Source: Sedimentisphaerales bacterium (GTDB lineage: Bacteria; Planctomycetota; Phycisphaerae; Sedimentisphaerales; SM23-30). From it: DNA of 64,000 nt. Below the pieces are notes generated by a model. The model was given only the letters and a program-made list of their open reading frames with translations. It did no database searches and was not told where the DNA came from. The stretch lies in assembly GCA_963666285.1 (NCBI GenBank), contig OY762711.1, one strand, 5' to 3'. A program made the position numbers and the translations under genes. Of the stretch, positions 9,681 to 20,170 are shown one piece after another (positions within the stretch are counted from its first letter, which is position 1; the number at the start of each line of letters is the position of its first letter).

Positions 9681-10385
9681 TTAAAAAATCTTTCTTTTGA
9701 ATACTGTAATTGTACCAGTTCCCAAAGCTGCCAGGAGCATAGCACCCGGAGCAGGTACTACAGGCGTAGGACTGTTGCAGGTTTTGAAAAATGAGTCACT
9801 AAAATCATATTCATGTTTTGGGTCGTCAGATGGTATAATTGATTGAGCGTGGAATCCGATTTTCAATTTGGATTTTAGAAGTAGTTCGTTTATTTCATTT
9901 TTGATCTTAAATCCAATAGTGAAAAACTGACCTGAACTTAATCCTTTGAACTTATTGTTTTTACTGAGAATAGAGTAATCTGCCGATTTACTATCTTTTG
10001 TGTTGAATGCATAGTAGTCAGTTACGTCTTTTGAAAAGTTTTCATCATAATAGTCATTCCATTGCGGGGCAGACGGGTTGTCTGTGGAATAAAAAAGGAC
10101 TCCGTCAGAAGAGCCGCCGGAGATAAATTGAGCAGACTCAAAAAAATCAGAGCTATTGTCGAAAATAATCTCTGTTATTTTTGCATCGAAATCTCCGTCC
10201 GCGAAGTTGAATTTGGCATAAACCATATCTGAGCCGTCAGACTCAAAGTCAATGGAAAACTGGCCGGCCAGTTGCTGAGCAACGCCTGAATTGTTGTCAG
10301 AGCCGGCATCGAAACTAAAAGTGAAACCGGCATAAAGAGCGGTATTTGATATCAAAAATAGAGCTATAATTATATTTTTCTTCAT
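9681..10385 (-). CDS. PEP-CTERM-type surface protein with VPAP variant sorting signal
   Basis: Start ATG 10385 (GAAAGG RBS), signal peptide, C-terminal VVPAPGAMLLAALGTGTITVFKRKIF. Confidence 0.85.
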   Translation of the reverse strand: MKKNIIIALFLISNTALYAGFTFSFDAGSDNNSGVAQQLAGQFSIDFESDGSDMVYAKFNFADGDFDAKITEIIFDNSSDFFESAQFISGGSSDGVLFYSTDNPSAPQWNDYYDENFSKDVTDYYAFNTKDSKSADYSILSKNNKFKGLSSGQFFTIGFKIKNEINELLLKSKLKIGFHAQSIIPSDDPKHEYDFSDSFFKTCNSPTPVVPAPGAMLLAALGTGTITVFKRKIF

Positions 10386-10808
10386 TTTCACACTACCTTT
10401 CTGGAATAAAACTTCCACGCAATTTGTCCCTCATAGCTGTGGAATTCTTCTTGTATATTCTTCTATGTCAATTATAGGGCTTGTTGTGTAAAATATTCAA
10501 TAATTCTTTAGAGGTTTGGTGTTATTTTTATGAGGTGTTAGAATTTTACATTTAAATGTATTTTTGAGCTATTTCTCGAAAGTACATTTAATTCAATGTG
10601 TTGCAGGAAAGCCCTTTAAGGAGATTTTGGCAACTCAATAGCAAAAAAGTTAACTATTATCTAAGCGATTTTTTGGGTATTGGCAATAAACGGTAAAATG
10701 TGTATAATTAGCGGTTCGATTGAGGTGCTGAGAATATACTGTCAGGTAGACGATAATATAAGTGATTAGAAAATAGATATTTGAAAGAAAAATAGAACAG
10801 GAAAAATT

Positions 10809-12479
10809 ATGGCTCCGAAGTTTATATTTGAGATGAGTGATGTCAGTAAGCGATATACAGATAAAGAGATATTCAGCGGCATATCGCTATCATTTTTTTA
10901 TGGCGCGAAAATTGGAGTTATCGGTGAAAATGGTGCCGGTAAAAGTACACTGCTGAAGATAATGGCCGGTATTGATAAGGACCATGGCGGCGAGGCCAGG
11001 CTGGCTAATAATATGAAGCTGCGGTATGTGGCTCAGGAGCCGGAACTTGAGCTGGATAAGACAGTTAGGGAAAATCTGATGACAGGTATCAAGTCGATAA
11101 CTGATATGGTCGACAGGTTTAACGAGATTTCTGAGCTAATGGGTGACCCTGATCAGGCGGATAATATGGATAAGCTGCTGGATGAGATGGGTAATCTGCA
11201 GGATAAGATAGATGCCTGTGATGGTTGGGAATGCGAGCGAATGATCGATATTGTGGCAGATGCCCTGGTTCTGCCGGATGACAATATGAAGGTTGAGCTG
11301 CTAAGCGGTGGCGAGAGAAGGCGTATTGCGCTGGCGATAGCTTTGCTGGAAAAGCCTGACCTGCTGCTGCTGGATGAGCCAACTAACCATCTGGATGCGG
11401 AGACGGTGCAGTGGCTGGAAGAGGCACTCAGGGATTACCCTGGCACTGTTATAATTGTAACGCATGATAGATACTTTCTGGATAATATTACGAAATGGAT
11501 CCTGGAGCTGGAGAATGGCAGGGGAATACCGTTTGAGGGTAATTATTCAAGCTGGCTGAAGCAGAAGTCTGAAAGACTACGCCTGATCGAAAAGAAAGAG
11601 ACTCAGCGACAGCGAACACTGACCAGGGAACTGGAATGGATTAATACATCTGCCAAGGGCAGGAACCAGAAGAACCAGGCCAGGATTAACGCCTACGAGG
11701 AACTGGCATCTCATAATAAGATTGATGCCAAGAGTGATGTTGTAATCCAGATTCCAAGTGGTAAGAGGCTGGGTGAGGATGTGCTTACAGTTAGTGAAGT
11801 ATGCAAAGGTTATGACGGCAGGGTACTGCTGGATAAGTGTAGTTTTGAGCTGCCGAGAAGTGCTATTGTCGGCATTATAGGTCCGAATGGTACCGGAAAG
11901 ACAACGCTGTTTAAGATGATAACCGGGCAGGAAAAACCTGATAGTGGTAAGGTGCAGTTTGGTGATACTGTTGAGCTTGGCTATGTCGATCAACACAGAG
12001 ATGAGCTGGAAGGAGACAAGACCATCTTCCAGGAGATAACCGGGGGCGGCGACCATATCATGGTTGGTGGTGTCGAGGTTCCTTCGCGTGCATATGTGGC
12101 GAGGTTTAACTTCCGCGGCCCTCAACAGCAGAAAAAGGTTGGTACATGTTCCGGTGGAGAGCGTAACAGGATACACCTGGCAAAGATGCTTCGTGAAGGC
12201 GGCAATCTACTGCTGCTGGATGAACCGACAAATGACCTGGATGTGGATACTATGCGAGTACTGGAGCAGGCGATAATTGACTTTGAAGGCTGTGCGATGG
12301 TGATAAGCCATGACAGGTTCTTTTTGGACAGGATATGTACTCACCTGCTGATATTTGAAGGTGACGGCAAGGTACAGTGGTTCCAGGGTAACTTTACTGC
12401 GTGGGAAGATAAGCTCAAGGCCGAGAACCCGGATCGCATAGCGCACAGAAGAGGGAAGTATAAGCAGATCAAAATATAG
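10809..12479 (+). CDS. ettA: Energy-dependent translational throttle ABC-F protein
   Basis: ISLSFFYGAKIGVIGENGAGKST, tandem ABC domains, RELEWI linker and SGGERNR. Confidence 0.93.
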   Translation: MAPKFIFEMSDVSKRYTDKEIFSGISLSFFYGAKIGVIGENGAGKSTLLKIMAGIDKDHGGEARLANNMKLRYVAQEPELELDKTVRENLMTGIKSITDMVDRFNEISELMGDPDQADNMDKLLDEMGNLQDKIDACDGWECERMIDIVADALVLPDDNMKVELLSGGERRRIALAIALLEKPDLLLLDEPTNHLDAETVQWLEEALRDYPGTVIIVTHDRYFLDNITKWILELENGRGIPFEGNYSSWLKQKSERLRLIEKKETQRQRTLTRELEWINTSAKGRNQKNQARINAYEELASHNKIDAKSDVVIQIPSGKRLGEDVLTVSEVCKGYDGRVLLDKCSFELPRSAIVGIIGPNGTGKTTLFKMITGQEKPDSGKVQFGDTVELGYVDQHRDELEGDKTIFQEITGGGDHIMVGGVEVPSRAYVARFNFRGPQQQKKVGTCSGGERNRIHLAKMLREGGNLLLLDEPTNDLDVDTMRVLEQAIIDFEGCAMVISHDRFFLDRICTHLLIFEGDGKVQWFQGNFTAWEDKLKAENPDRIAHRRGKYKQIKI

Positions 12480-12531
12480 ACATTAAGGATTTGGATAAAG
12501 GCATAAGGTAAGGAAATGGCTTATCAAAAGC

Positions 12532-12699
12532 TTAAGGCAACCTCAGAAAATTCATTTTGAGCGACTAGTTTTTCTTTTGCCTGCTGACATGCGTCATATA
12601 AAACAGTGAATATAGCCCAATATGCTCGATTTTATGTTCCTTGTCAGCAAAAAAATCTTAAACTATCGCATCAGAAGCAATTTCCAGAGGTCACCTTAA
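12532..12699. mobile_element. MITE/REP-like palindromic element with terminal inverted repeats and TTAA flanks
   Basis: Left end taaggcaacctcagaaaatt versus reverse-complemented right end taaggtgacctctggaaatt (16/20); TTAA at 12532-35 and 12696-99; nested internal inverted repeats; no ORF. Confidence 0.7.
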
Positions 12700-12737
12700 T
12701 TTAATATTTGGATTGTTAATAGCAGGTTTGGAATATT

Positions 12738-13196
12738 ATGCCAAATGAGATAATAGTACGCAATGCCAATAGGTGTGATATTGGACTGCTGGTGCGGTTT
12801 AATCAGGCGATGGCGATTGAAACCGAAGATAAGCAGCTTGAAGTACAGGTATTGTCAGCAGGTATTAATGCCGTATTTGATGATACTGCTCGTGGTTTTT
12901 ATCTTGCCGCTGAAATTGGCGGTGTGGTTGTTGGATCGCTGTTGATTACATATGAATGGAGCGACTGGCGAAATGGTGTTTTCTGGTGGGTGCAGAGCGT
13001 GTATGTAGAGAAAGAGTATCGCAGGCGAGGCGTGTTTCGTGCGATGTATAAAGAGATCAGGCAGCGAGCGATTGAGACAGATGGAGTCTGCGGGTGCCGG
13101 TTGTATGTAGAGCGTGAGAACGTCAGGGCGCAGTCAACTTATCTTGAGCTTGGCTTTGAGCAAACGCCTTACATACTTTTCGAAGATGAGTTTTAA
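12738..13196 (+). CDS. GNAT family N-acetyltransferase
   Basis: YEWSDWRNG, QSVYVEKEYRRRGV acetyl-CoA motif and RLYVERENVRAQSTY. Confidence 0.88.
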   Translation: MPNEIIVRNANRCDIGLLVRFNQAMAIETEDKQLEVQVLSAGINAVFDDTARGFYLAAEIGGVVVGSLLITYEWSDWRNGVFWWVQSVYVEKEYRRRGVFRAMYKEIRQRAIETDGVCGCRLYVERENVRAQSTYLELGFEQTPYILFEDEF

Positions 13197-13210
13197 GTAA
13201 AGTTTATAGT

Positions 13211-16200
13211 TTACTTGTTACGCAGGGTTTGGGTGATGTTGCTTGAGGCAGCGAACCTGGCAGCTAGACTGATGCAGGCGAAGGTAACAGCCAAGAAAAC
13301 AAAAAGAGTAAGTCCGCCATAGATAATAATATCGATCTTGCCGGAGGTACTGTTTAATCTGGTAATGAGTTTGGGCCATACGGCGTATGCGGCTGTAATT
13401 ACGGCAATGAAAGTGCCGGATGTGGCGGGAATCTGCCAGGTAACAAATATAAAAGATCGTATCTGTTCTGGTGTGAATCCAAGGGCCTGTAAAATAGCAT
13501 ATTCGCGTCTCTGGCTTTGAGTATTGCGAACGACGGTAAGGGCCAGTACTATACAGCCCATGACCATGCCCAGGCCGCCGAGCAGAGCGAAAAGAGACAT
13601 GTAGGTATTTTCTACTCGGTACAGTTCTGCGATAATATCGGTAGCAGGCCGTATTTCCGGGCCGTATTCTTCCAGTTGACCGGATAGAGATTCCAGCAGA
13701 GTTTTTGCCGGCTTGTCGGATTTTACCAGTATCAGGTCGTAACCATTGACTTTGGGGAAGAGCCGTTTGAAAGCAGTTTCGTCAATGATAAGCTTGCCCT
13801 GCAGGATAGAGCTTTGCAGTCCGGCAACGAGTCTGAACTGGTATGAATTACCATCCTGAGCCTTGATTTCCAGCAGGTCACCAACTTTTTTGTGCAGTGC
13901 CCACATGATAGTATTGTAATCGGTGACGGCAGGAATGATTTTGTCGTTTGGATTATCATCTTTCAGAATAGACCAGTCGCCAGGTGCATCTGGGATGGTG
14001 CTTGCGAAGGAGAAAGGTTTGTATTGGATGAGTTTGTTCAGATCGGCGGCTATAACGGAAGGCCGGCCGGGACGGTTAAGGTTGAGACAGCTGGCGTCAT
14101 CACCTGAATTGACACGGAACTGGAGTGCGGAAAAGGTTTGGTTTTCAGCGGGTTTGATCAGGTGCGAAATGGGTACTGAGCAGTTTATAGCCAGGTCAAA
14201 ACCTCCGGTAGGGCCGTAAGGTTTGTCAGCGTCTTTCAGCGGGTTATGATGGTTGAGGCCGACGGCAATGACCATAAATACCCCGCAGGCGATAGATATC
14301 GCAACGGTCAGGGAACTGGAAATATTGCGTCTGAGATTGTTTAGTATTATTGTGAGCTGAGTGACGGTGCTTTTTTTTGAGATAACACATATTGATGATA
14401 TGGCGTATCTGAAGAAAAGCAGGCCGGATACCAGGAGTATCGCACCGGAAGTGAAAAAGGACATAACATCCTTGTTCATTATAATCGGAACAGCGGCAGC
14501 GGTAATCAGCAGAGCGATAGCAAGATACTTTGAAATATAAGCTTTCGACTTGATTGTGTTGACGTTTTCAATATTAGCATTGAAAGCCTGTCTTATAGTG
14601 CGTTTGAGAAGTCCTTTAGTTTTTAGATATATAGCAATAATGACTACTATAGCGGTTGCCAAATATCCAGTAAGCAAAGTTTCCGGTTTAATGAAAAGGC
14701 TAAGTTTGAAACCCGCTATGGCCCCGGAGAAGTTATCGGCGAGACCAAGGTTAAGCAGATGTGCGTATGCTATGCCTAGTATTATGCCGGGCAGGCCGCC
14801 GAGCATGGCAATAATAGCGGATTCCGAGAAGATGAGTTTTTTGATTTTTTTGTGGGTGTAGCCGATAGATTTGAGTGATGCGATTTCAATATTTCGATTC
14901 TGGATATTTATCGCGAACAGCATTGCCGGCAGCAGCAGAGCCGAGGCGATAAGGAACATGCTGAGCGAGAGGAAAAGCCCTCCAAAATCGAGCGAGTTGT
15001 TTACCGCGAAATTTGCCTGATCGGCGAGTGTGATTATCTCTGGTTGGGCATGCTGTTTGAGCGAATCAGTGATCTTTATTTGGGTGGTGTCGTTGAGCGG
15101 CTGATCGGAGAAAAGTGCGGTAGCCAGGCCATAACGACTGGCAAAAAGTTTTTCTGCGAGCGAATAGCTGATGATGAGCTTTGGGGTCATTCGATAGTCA
15201 TCCCAATATTTTTCGTCAGCGTCAGTAATTTTATTGGTGTCAATAGGTACACCGGATTCCCATTCGGTACAGCTATCGGTTTCTGTCATGCCGGGTATCT
15301 CCGGCATGAGTTTTTCTGTTGGTGTAAGAGAATCAATTGGAACGATGGCTTTGATGGTTAGAGTTATGGAATCTTCTTTGAGCTCGTTGTTTTCGGCCGG
15401 CAGGAAGAATTTGATGTTTATTCTGTCCCCGGTTTTAGCTGAAATGGTATCAGCCAGCCATTGACTGACAATTGCCGAATTATCATCGATGGCTCCTGTG
15501 GTATCGGTGCCGGTGAAACAGTATGCGGCGGATTTATTGTTGGCCTGGTTGACGATATCATTGACCATGTAGCCGGTGAAGGGGCGCAGTTCCGGGTTGT
15601 CGGCAAGCAATTCGGCCTGAACCGCTTTGTTAATAAAAATATTGTCTGATTTAATGAAAGTATGATATTCATCTGTATTGATATTATAACCAAGGTCGGA
15701 AAGGGTAAGAGCCTGTTGCAGCGATTCAGTAGATTTTTTGTCACCGATCAGCAGCATATTGCGTGTATCGGCAGATTCGAGCTTCTGGGCGAGCTGGCTG
15801 GCGGGAACAAAGATATTGGCCGGCAGTTTCTGGTCTGCCTTAAGGCTGAAATTGCCAAATTCTTCAGCAGAGACGATATCTTTTACAGTTACCCTCCACA
15901 TAAGGTTATAATCCTGTCCGGAATAGAGTGCGAGTTCGGCTATCATATTGTCGTTAGCGAAACGCAGGATAAGGTCGCTGCCTGGCTTGGCATTCAACAG
16001 GCTTGCAAGCTGGGAGTTAATTACTGCTTCATTGCGGCCAAGGTCTTTAAATTTGTCAATTCCTGATGCAGTTGCCAGAGAGTTATCAATGCCAAGCATC
16101 TGGATATTGTTGGCACGTACCATTGATTCGGGGTTGATAGCCGCAGCAGTGGTCAGGTTAACGGCAGCTGTACGGCTGCCGGAAATGCGGTTTGGAATTT

Positions 16201-16402
16201 CAGGGCTGAAAGAACGACTTTCAGAGACGGCGACAGAATCGACAAACCCAAGCCGCTGGCGAGCAGTTTCAGCGAGAGAGTGCCGAACAGTGTCGCCAAT
16301 AATAAGAGCACCTGTTATGATTGCAACGCAGACTGAAACAGCCAGGGCGGTAGCAATATTAACACGTCGATGATAGCTGAGATTTCTGAAAAGGAGTTTC
16401 AT
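13211..16402 (-). CDS. Large FtsX/MacB-like ABC transporter permease
   Basis: Duplicated permease architecture; EIASLKSIGY and REYAILQALGF motifs; multiple TM clusters. Confidence 0.85.
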   Translation of the reverse strand: MKLLFRNLSYHRRVNIATALAVSVCVAIITGALIIGDTVRHSLAETARQRLGFVDSVAVSESRSFSPEIPNRISGSRTAAVNLTTAAAINPESMVRANNIQMLGIDNSLATASGIDKFKDLGRNEAVINSQLASLLNAKPGSDLILRFANDNMIAELALYSGQDYNLMWRVTVKDIVSAEEFGNFSLKADQKLPANIFVPASQLAQKLESADTRNMLLIGDKKSTESLQQALTLSDLGYNINTDEYHTFIKSDNIFINKAVQAELLADNPELRPFTGYMVNDIVNQANNKSAAYCFTGTDTTGAIDDNSAIVSQWLADTISAKTGDRINIKFFLPAENNELKEDSITLTIKAIVPIDSLTPTEKLMPEIPGMTETDSCTEWESGVPIDTNKITDADEKYWDDYRMTPKLIISYSLAEKLFASRYGLATALFSDQPLNDTTQIKITDSLKQHAQPEIITLADQANFAVNNSLDFGGLFLSLSMFLIASALLLPAMLFAINIQNRNIEIASLKSIGYTHKKIKKLIFSESAIIAMLGGLPGIILGIAYAHLLNLGLADNFSGAIAGFKLSLFIKPETLLTGYLATAIVVIIAIYLKTKGLLKRTIRQAFNANIENVNTIKSKAYISKYLAIALLITAAAVPIIMNKDVMSFFTSGAILLVSGLLFFRYAISSICVISKKSTVTQLTIILNNLRRNISSSLTVAISIACGVFMVIAVGLNHHNPLKDADKPYGPTGGFDLAINCSVPISHLIKPAENQTFSALQFRVNSGDDASCLNLNRPGRPSVIAADLNKLIQYKPFSFASTIPDAPGDWSILKDDNPNDKIIPAVTDYNTIMWALHKKVGDLLEIKAQDGNSYQFRLVAGLQSSILQGKLIIDETAFKRLFPKVNGYDLILVKSDKPAKTLLESLSGQLEEYGPEIRPATDIIAELYRVENTYMSLFALLGGLGMVMGCIVLALTVVRNTQSQRREYAILQALGFTPEQIRSFIFVTWQIPATSGTFIAVITAAYAVWPKLITRLNSTSGKIDIIIYGGLTLFVFLAVTFACISLAARFAASSNITQTLRNK

Positions 16403-16440
16403 TGCAACATGTTTTAAGGGGTTGTCTATGATAACCTATA

Positions 16441-16890
16441 TTAAATAACTCTTTGCATGGCAATTTCGTCGCATTGGTCCTGCTTGGGGCATGCGACGCA
16501 TTCGGACCATACTTTCATTGGAAGCTGTTCTTTTTCGATAATTTCAAAGCCCATTTTCAGGAAGAAGTCTGGTTCCAGGGTAAGCGAAAATATCGTCTTG
16601 AGACCAAGCTGCTGTCCGTCCAGGATAAGAGCTTCGATCATCTGGCGGCCAATACCTTTACCGTGTGAGTCTTCGGCAACGGCAAGGGATTTAACCTCGG
16701 CAAGATCTTTCCACATTACCGCCAGGGCGCAACAGCCTTTGACCAGTCCGTTATCTTCGTAAACGACAAAATCTCGAATGTGTTCGTACAGGTTGGTCTG
16801 CGATCTGAACAGCATACGCTCGCGCTCGGCAAAATGGTTTATAAGTGCGTGTATCTGGGGTACGTCTGATATTTTTGCTTTTCTAATCAT
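16441..16890 (-). CDS. Short GNAT N-acetyltransferase (short ArgA / N-acetylglutamate synthase-like)
   Basis: LAEVKSLAV, GKGIG and LPMKVWSECVACPKQDQCDEIA tail typical of this family. Confidence 0.8.
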   Translation of the reverse strand: MIRKAKISDVPQIHALINHFAERERMLFRSQTNLYEHIRDFVVYEDNGLVKGCCALAVMWKDLAEVKSLAVAEDSHGKGIGRQMIEALILDGQQLGLKTIFSLTLEPDFFLKMGFEIIEKEQLPMKVWSECVACPKQDQCDEIAMQRVI

Positions 16891-16922
16891 ATGTCAAATA
16901 AATATAATAAAATGATTCAGGA

Positions 16923-17861
16923 TCAGGTGAAAATATGGCCGGGTTTAATTCTTCTGCCGTTGGCAAAGGATTTGAAGGCCATAAGTTTACCGTTATCCGG
17001 TTTAACTTCTAAAATTTTGATAAGTTTACCATCTCCACAGGCAATATTAAGGCTGTGGTCGAGCTGGCCGGGCTGCAGTTTCAGGTCAGGTTCGGAATCA
17101 ATTAATTCGCATCGGCACGCGCTAACTCTCAGTTCATTGTTGTTTTCCAATAATGCATGGAAATAAGCACCAGGCCAGGGCCACATACCAAGAATCTGTC
17201 CATTAATTTCTTTTGCGGTTTTGTTCCAGTCTATATGTCCATCTGTTTTTTTTAGTTTAGGTGCCTTGCAGGCAACAGATTCATCTTGAGGTTTGGGATT
17301 GTATATACCAGCTTCAAATTCACCGAGTACTTCAGCAATAAGTGCCGGTCCCATAGCTGCAAGCCGGTCGTGCAGTTCTCCTGCCGTTTCGGCTTTGTTA
17401 ATTTTGGTTTTTTCCTGGGCGATAATAGCTCCACCGTCCCAGACTTCGTTTAGTTCTATAACGGTAACGCCGGTTTCGGCCTCACCTTTGATTATAGCCC
17501 AGTTAATTGGAGCAGCACCACGATATTTTGGTAAAAGAGAACTGTGCAGGTTGACAATTCTGCATGGCAGTTCGAGATACTTTTTACCCAGCCATTGGCC
17601 AAAAGCGATGACGACTATAACTTCCGGATTTAGTTCTTTGACGTTTTGCACAATTTTGTCATCGTTAATCTGCTCAGCTTCAATGTATTGTATGCCCAGA
17701 TTTTTACAGGTTTGGGCAACGGGTGTAAGGCGTGGTTCCCGACCTCTACCGGCCGGTCTGGCAGGTTGTGTGTATGCCTGTATGATCTCATGGTGGGAGC
17801 TTTGCAGCCATCTTAGAGTATCACAACCAAATTCACCACCACCCATGTAAATAATACGCAT
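16923..17861 (-). CDS. fmt: Methionyl-tRNA formyltransferase
   Basis: YTQPARPAGRG and VNLHSSLLPKYRGAAPINWAI; start ATG 17861 after GAAAGG. Confidence 0.95.
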   Translation of the reverse strand: MRIIYMGGGEFGCDTLRWLQSSHHEIIQAYTQPARPAGRGREPRLTPVAQTCKNLGIQYIEAEQINDDKIVQNVKELNPEVIVVIAFGQWLGKKYLELPCRIVNLHSSLLPKYRGAAPINWAIIKGEAETGVTVIELNEVWDGGAIIAQEKTKINKAETAGELHDRLAAMGPALIAEVLGEFEAGIYNPKPQDESVACKAPKLKKTDGHIDWNKTAKEINGQILGMWPWPGAYFHALLENNNELRVSACRCELIDSEPDLKLQPGQLDHSLNIACGDGKLIKILEVKPDNGKLMAFKSFANGRRIKPGHIFT

Positions 17862-18258
17862 TCTAGTTCCTTTCACTATTAGTTATTGTCTAACAATAGT
17901 TTATGTGTTGTCTGGTTTTTTGTCCAGTCAAAGGCTATATTATATTGTTAAAAAAATGAACTTACAAGTTGATAATAGACGATAATATTTACCCATGAAT
18001 AACTTAAATGAAGTCATGCAGAGTGATTTTTTGAAAGGATGTACTCATATCGCGTCTGAAAGATCAGGATTTCTGTTATATCTATATTGAAATATCGGCA
18101 AATAACGGGCTTACAGATGATTTTGAGTTGATTTTGTCTTGCAATTGGGCCTACTAAAGTTTAGTATTTTACTTTTAGCATGTTCCCAGCAGGAATATAT
18201 AATAAGTATTTCAGGCTATGATTAAAGCCGGATTATTATTTTTAAGGAGATAAAGCAA

Positions 18259-19482
18259 TTGGCAAAGAAACCTACAGTAAAGAAAGCCGTAAAGAAGGCA
18301 GTAAAAGAAGATAAGTCAAGTCGTTACCTGTTTACCAGTGAATCAGTGAGTATGGGGCATCCGGATAAGGTTGCCGACCAGGTATCGGATGCAGTACTTG
18401 ATGCGATGCTGGCCCAGGACCCTGAAAGCCGGGTAGCTTGTGAAACAATGGTAACAACCGGTCTTTGTGTTGTTGCAGGTGAAGTAACAACAAAAGCAGA
18501 TGTTGATATCCAGGCGGTAGTTCGTAATACGCTTTGTGATATAGGCTATACAAATACAGATTATGGTATGGACGGAAATACTTGTGCGGTTTTGATTACA
18601 CTGGACGAGCAGAGCCCGGATATAAGCCAGGGTGTAACAGAAGGTAAGGGCCTGTTCAAAGAGCAGGGAGCCGGAGACCAGGGTTTGATGTTTGGCTATG
18701 CCTGTAAAGAGACATCAGTTCTTATGCCTCTTCCAATTCACCTGGCCCACAGGCTGAGCGAGCGAATGGCAAAGCTGCGTAAGAGCAAAAAACTGGCATG
18801 GATGAGACCTGACAGTAAGACCCAGGTAACGGTCGAGTATGAAGGTTTGAAGCCTGTTCGTATCGATACAGTGGTAATTTCATCTCAGCATTGTCCAACA
18901 GTACCTTATAAGAAGCTGCGTAAAGAGATAATTGATAATGTTATCATGCCGATTCTGCCAAAGAAGATGGTCGATAAGAATCTGAAGATTTTTGTAAATC
19001 CAACCGGTAAATTTGTTGTTGGCGGTCCTCATGGCGATTGTGGTTTGACCGGTCGTAAGATCATTGTTGACACATATGGCGGTTGGGGTCGTCATGGCGG
19101 CGGTGCATTTTCAGGTAAGGATCCATCAAAGGTAGACCGTTCCGCAGCTTATATGGCACGTTATGTTGCCAAGAATATTGTAGCTGCCGGTCTGGCAGAT
19201 AACTGTGAAGTGCAGCTTGCTTATGCGATTGGTGTAGCGAAGCCTGTTTCAATTGAAGTTAACACATTTGGCACAGGTAAAGTAAGTGACAGTGAGATAA
19301 CCAGGGTAGTTGAAGAAGTATTTCCACTGACACCTTCCGGAATTATCAAGCATCTGAAGCTTAAGCGTCCAATATATCGTGAAACAGCAGCTCATGGCCA
19401 TTTTGGTCGAACCGGAGAAGGTTTTACCTGGGAGTTGACTGACATGGTAGATAAGATACAGAAAGCGTTGAAAAACAGCTAA
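18259..19482 (+). CDS. metK: S-adenosylmethionine synthetase
   Basis: [19 protein letters not shown] and [19 protein letters not shown] start after AAGGAG. Confidence 0.97.
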   Translation: MAKKPTVKKAVKKAVKEDKSSRYLFTSESVSMGHPDKVADQVSDAVLDAMLAQDPESRVACETMVTTGLCVVAGEVTTKADVDIQAVVRNTLCDIGYTNTDYGMDGNTCAVLITLDEQSPDISQGVTEGKGLFKEQGAGDQGLMFGYACKETSVLMPLPIHLAHRLSERMAKLRKSKKLAWMRPDSKTQVTVEYEGLKPVRIDTVVISSQHCPTVPYKKLRKEIIDNVIMPILPKKMVDKNLKIFVNPTGKFVVGGPHGDCGLTGRKIIVDTYGGWGRHGGGAFSGKDPSKVDRSAAYMARYVAKNIVAAGLADNCEVQLAYAIGVAKPVSIEVNTFGTGKVSDSEITRVVEEVFPLTPSGIIKHLKLKRPIYRETAAHGHFGRTGEGFTWELTDMVDKIQKALKNS

Positions 19483-19528
19483 TAAAAGAGTTCTGATTCT
19501 TTTGTTATATATAGATTAAAATGTTTAT

Positions 19529-19558
19529 GAGGGATGTCGGGAACGATATCCCTCTTTT
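19529..19558 (+). terminator. Intrinsic terminator after metK
   Basis: gagggatgtcg/cgatatccctc stem followed by TTTT. Confidence 0.75.
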
Positions 19559-19639
19559 CAAATATCGAGAAGTAATAAGAGAAAATTAGTAAAAGAATTG
19601 CTGTAAAAGCTATATGGCAGTATAGCAGGAGTGTTATTG

Positions 19640-20071
19640 ATGGATTTAATTGAATGGAATGAAGATTTAATTTTAGGTGTTTCAGAGATAGACAAAGAGC
19701 ATCAGCTGTTAGTGGACCGGGTGAATGAGATCATACGGCATGCTAATGATAAACGCCTGGACTATGTCGCAGATGAAGCTGTGTCAGATTTGGTGTATGC
19801 AACCCGCCGTCATTTTGAGAATGAAGAGGAAATGATGGAGGATGTTGACTATCCGGACCGAGAGATACATATGGCAGTTCACAAGAAGCTTATGGTAGAT
19901 TTGACCGATAAGGCTGATATCTTAAGCCTGGAGACGAATCACGACTCGATTCAGACAGTTGATTTTTTCAAGGATTGGCTAATCAATCATATAAAGAAAG
20001 ATGATACCGAACTGGCAGGTTTTATTAAGGATTCAGAGGGTCAAAAGACAATTGACCTGGATCCCAGTTAA
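19640..20071 (+). CDS. Single-domain bacteriohemerythrin
   Basis: Iron ligand motifs IDKEH, HFENEE, HMAVH and WLINHIKKDD; AGGAG RBS before ATG 19640. Confidence 0.88.
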   Translation: MDLIEWNEDLILGVSEIDKEHQLLVDRVNEIIRHANDKRLDYVADEAVSDLVYATRRHFENEEEMMEDVDYPDREIHMAVHKKLMVDLTDKADILSLETNHDSIQTVDFFKDWLINHIKKDDTELAGFIKDSEGQKTIDLDPS

Positions 20072-20110
20072 GTTCGTAATGAATTGAAATTAACACTGCT
20101 TAGGAAGATG

Positions 20111-20147
20111 AAAAAAGGGCCGGCAGCTCATCTGAGTTGTCGGCCCT
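20111..20147 (-). terminator. Intrinsic terminator for fabZ-acp-fabZ (possibly bidirectional)
   Basis: 15-bp stem agggccggcagctca/tgagttgtcggccct with an A6 run (U-tract on minus). Confidence 0.8.
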
Positions 20148-20170
20148 GTTGATTTTGAGGGGGAATAAAA

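Noticed and set aside
17880..18258. SAM riboswitch upstream of metK
   Set aside because: No SAM-I/II core motifs recognisable.
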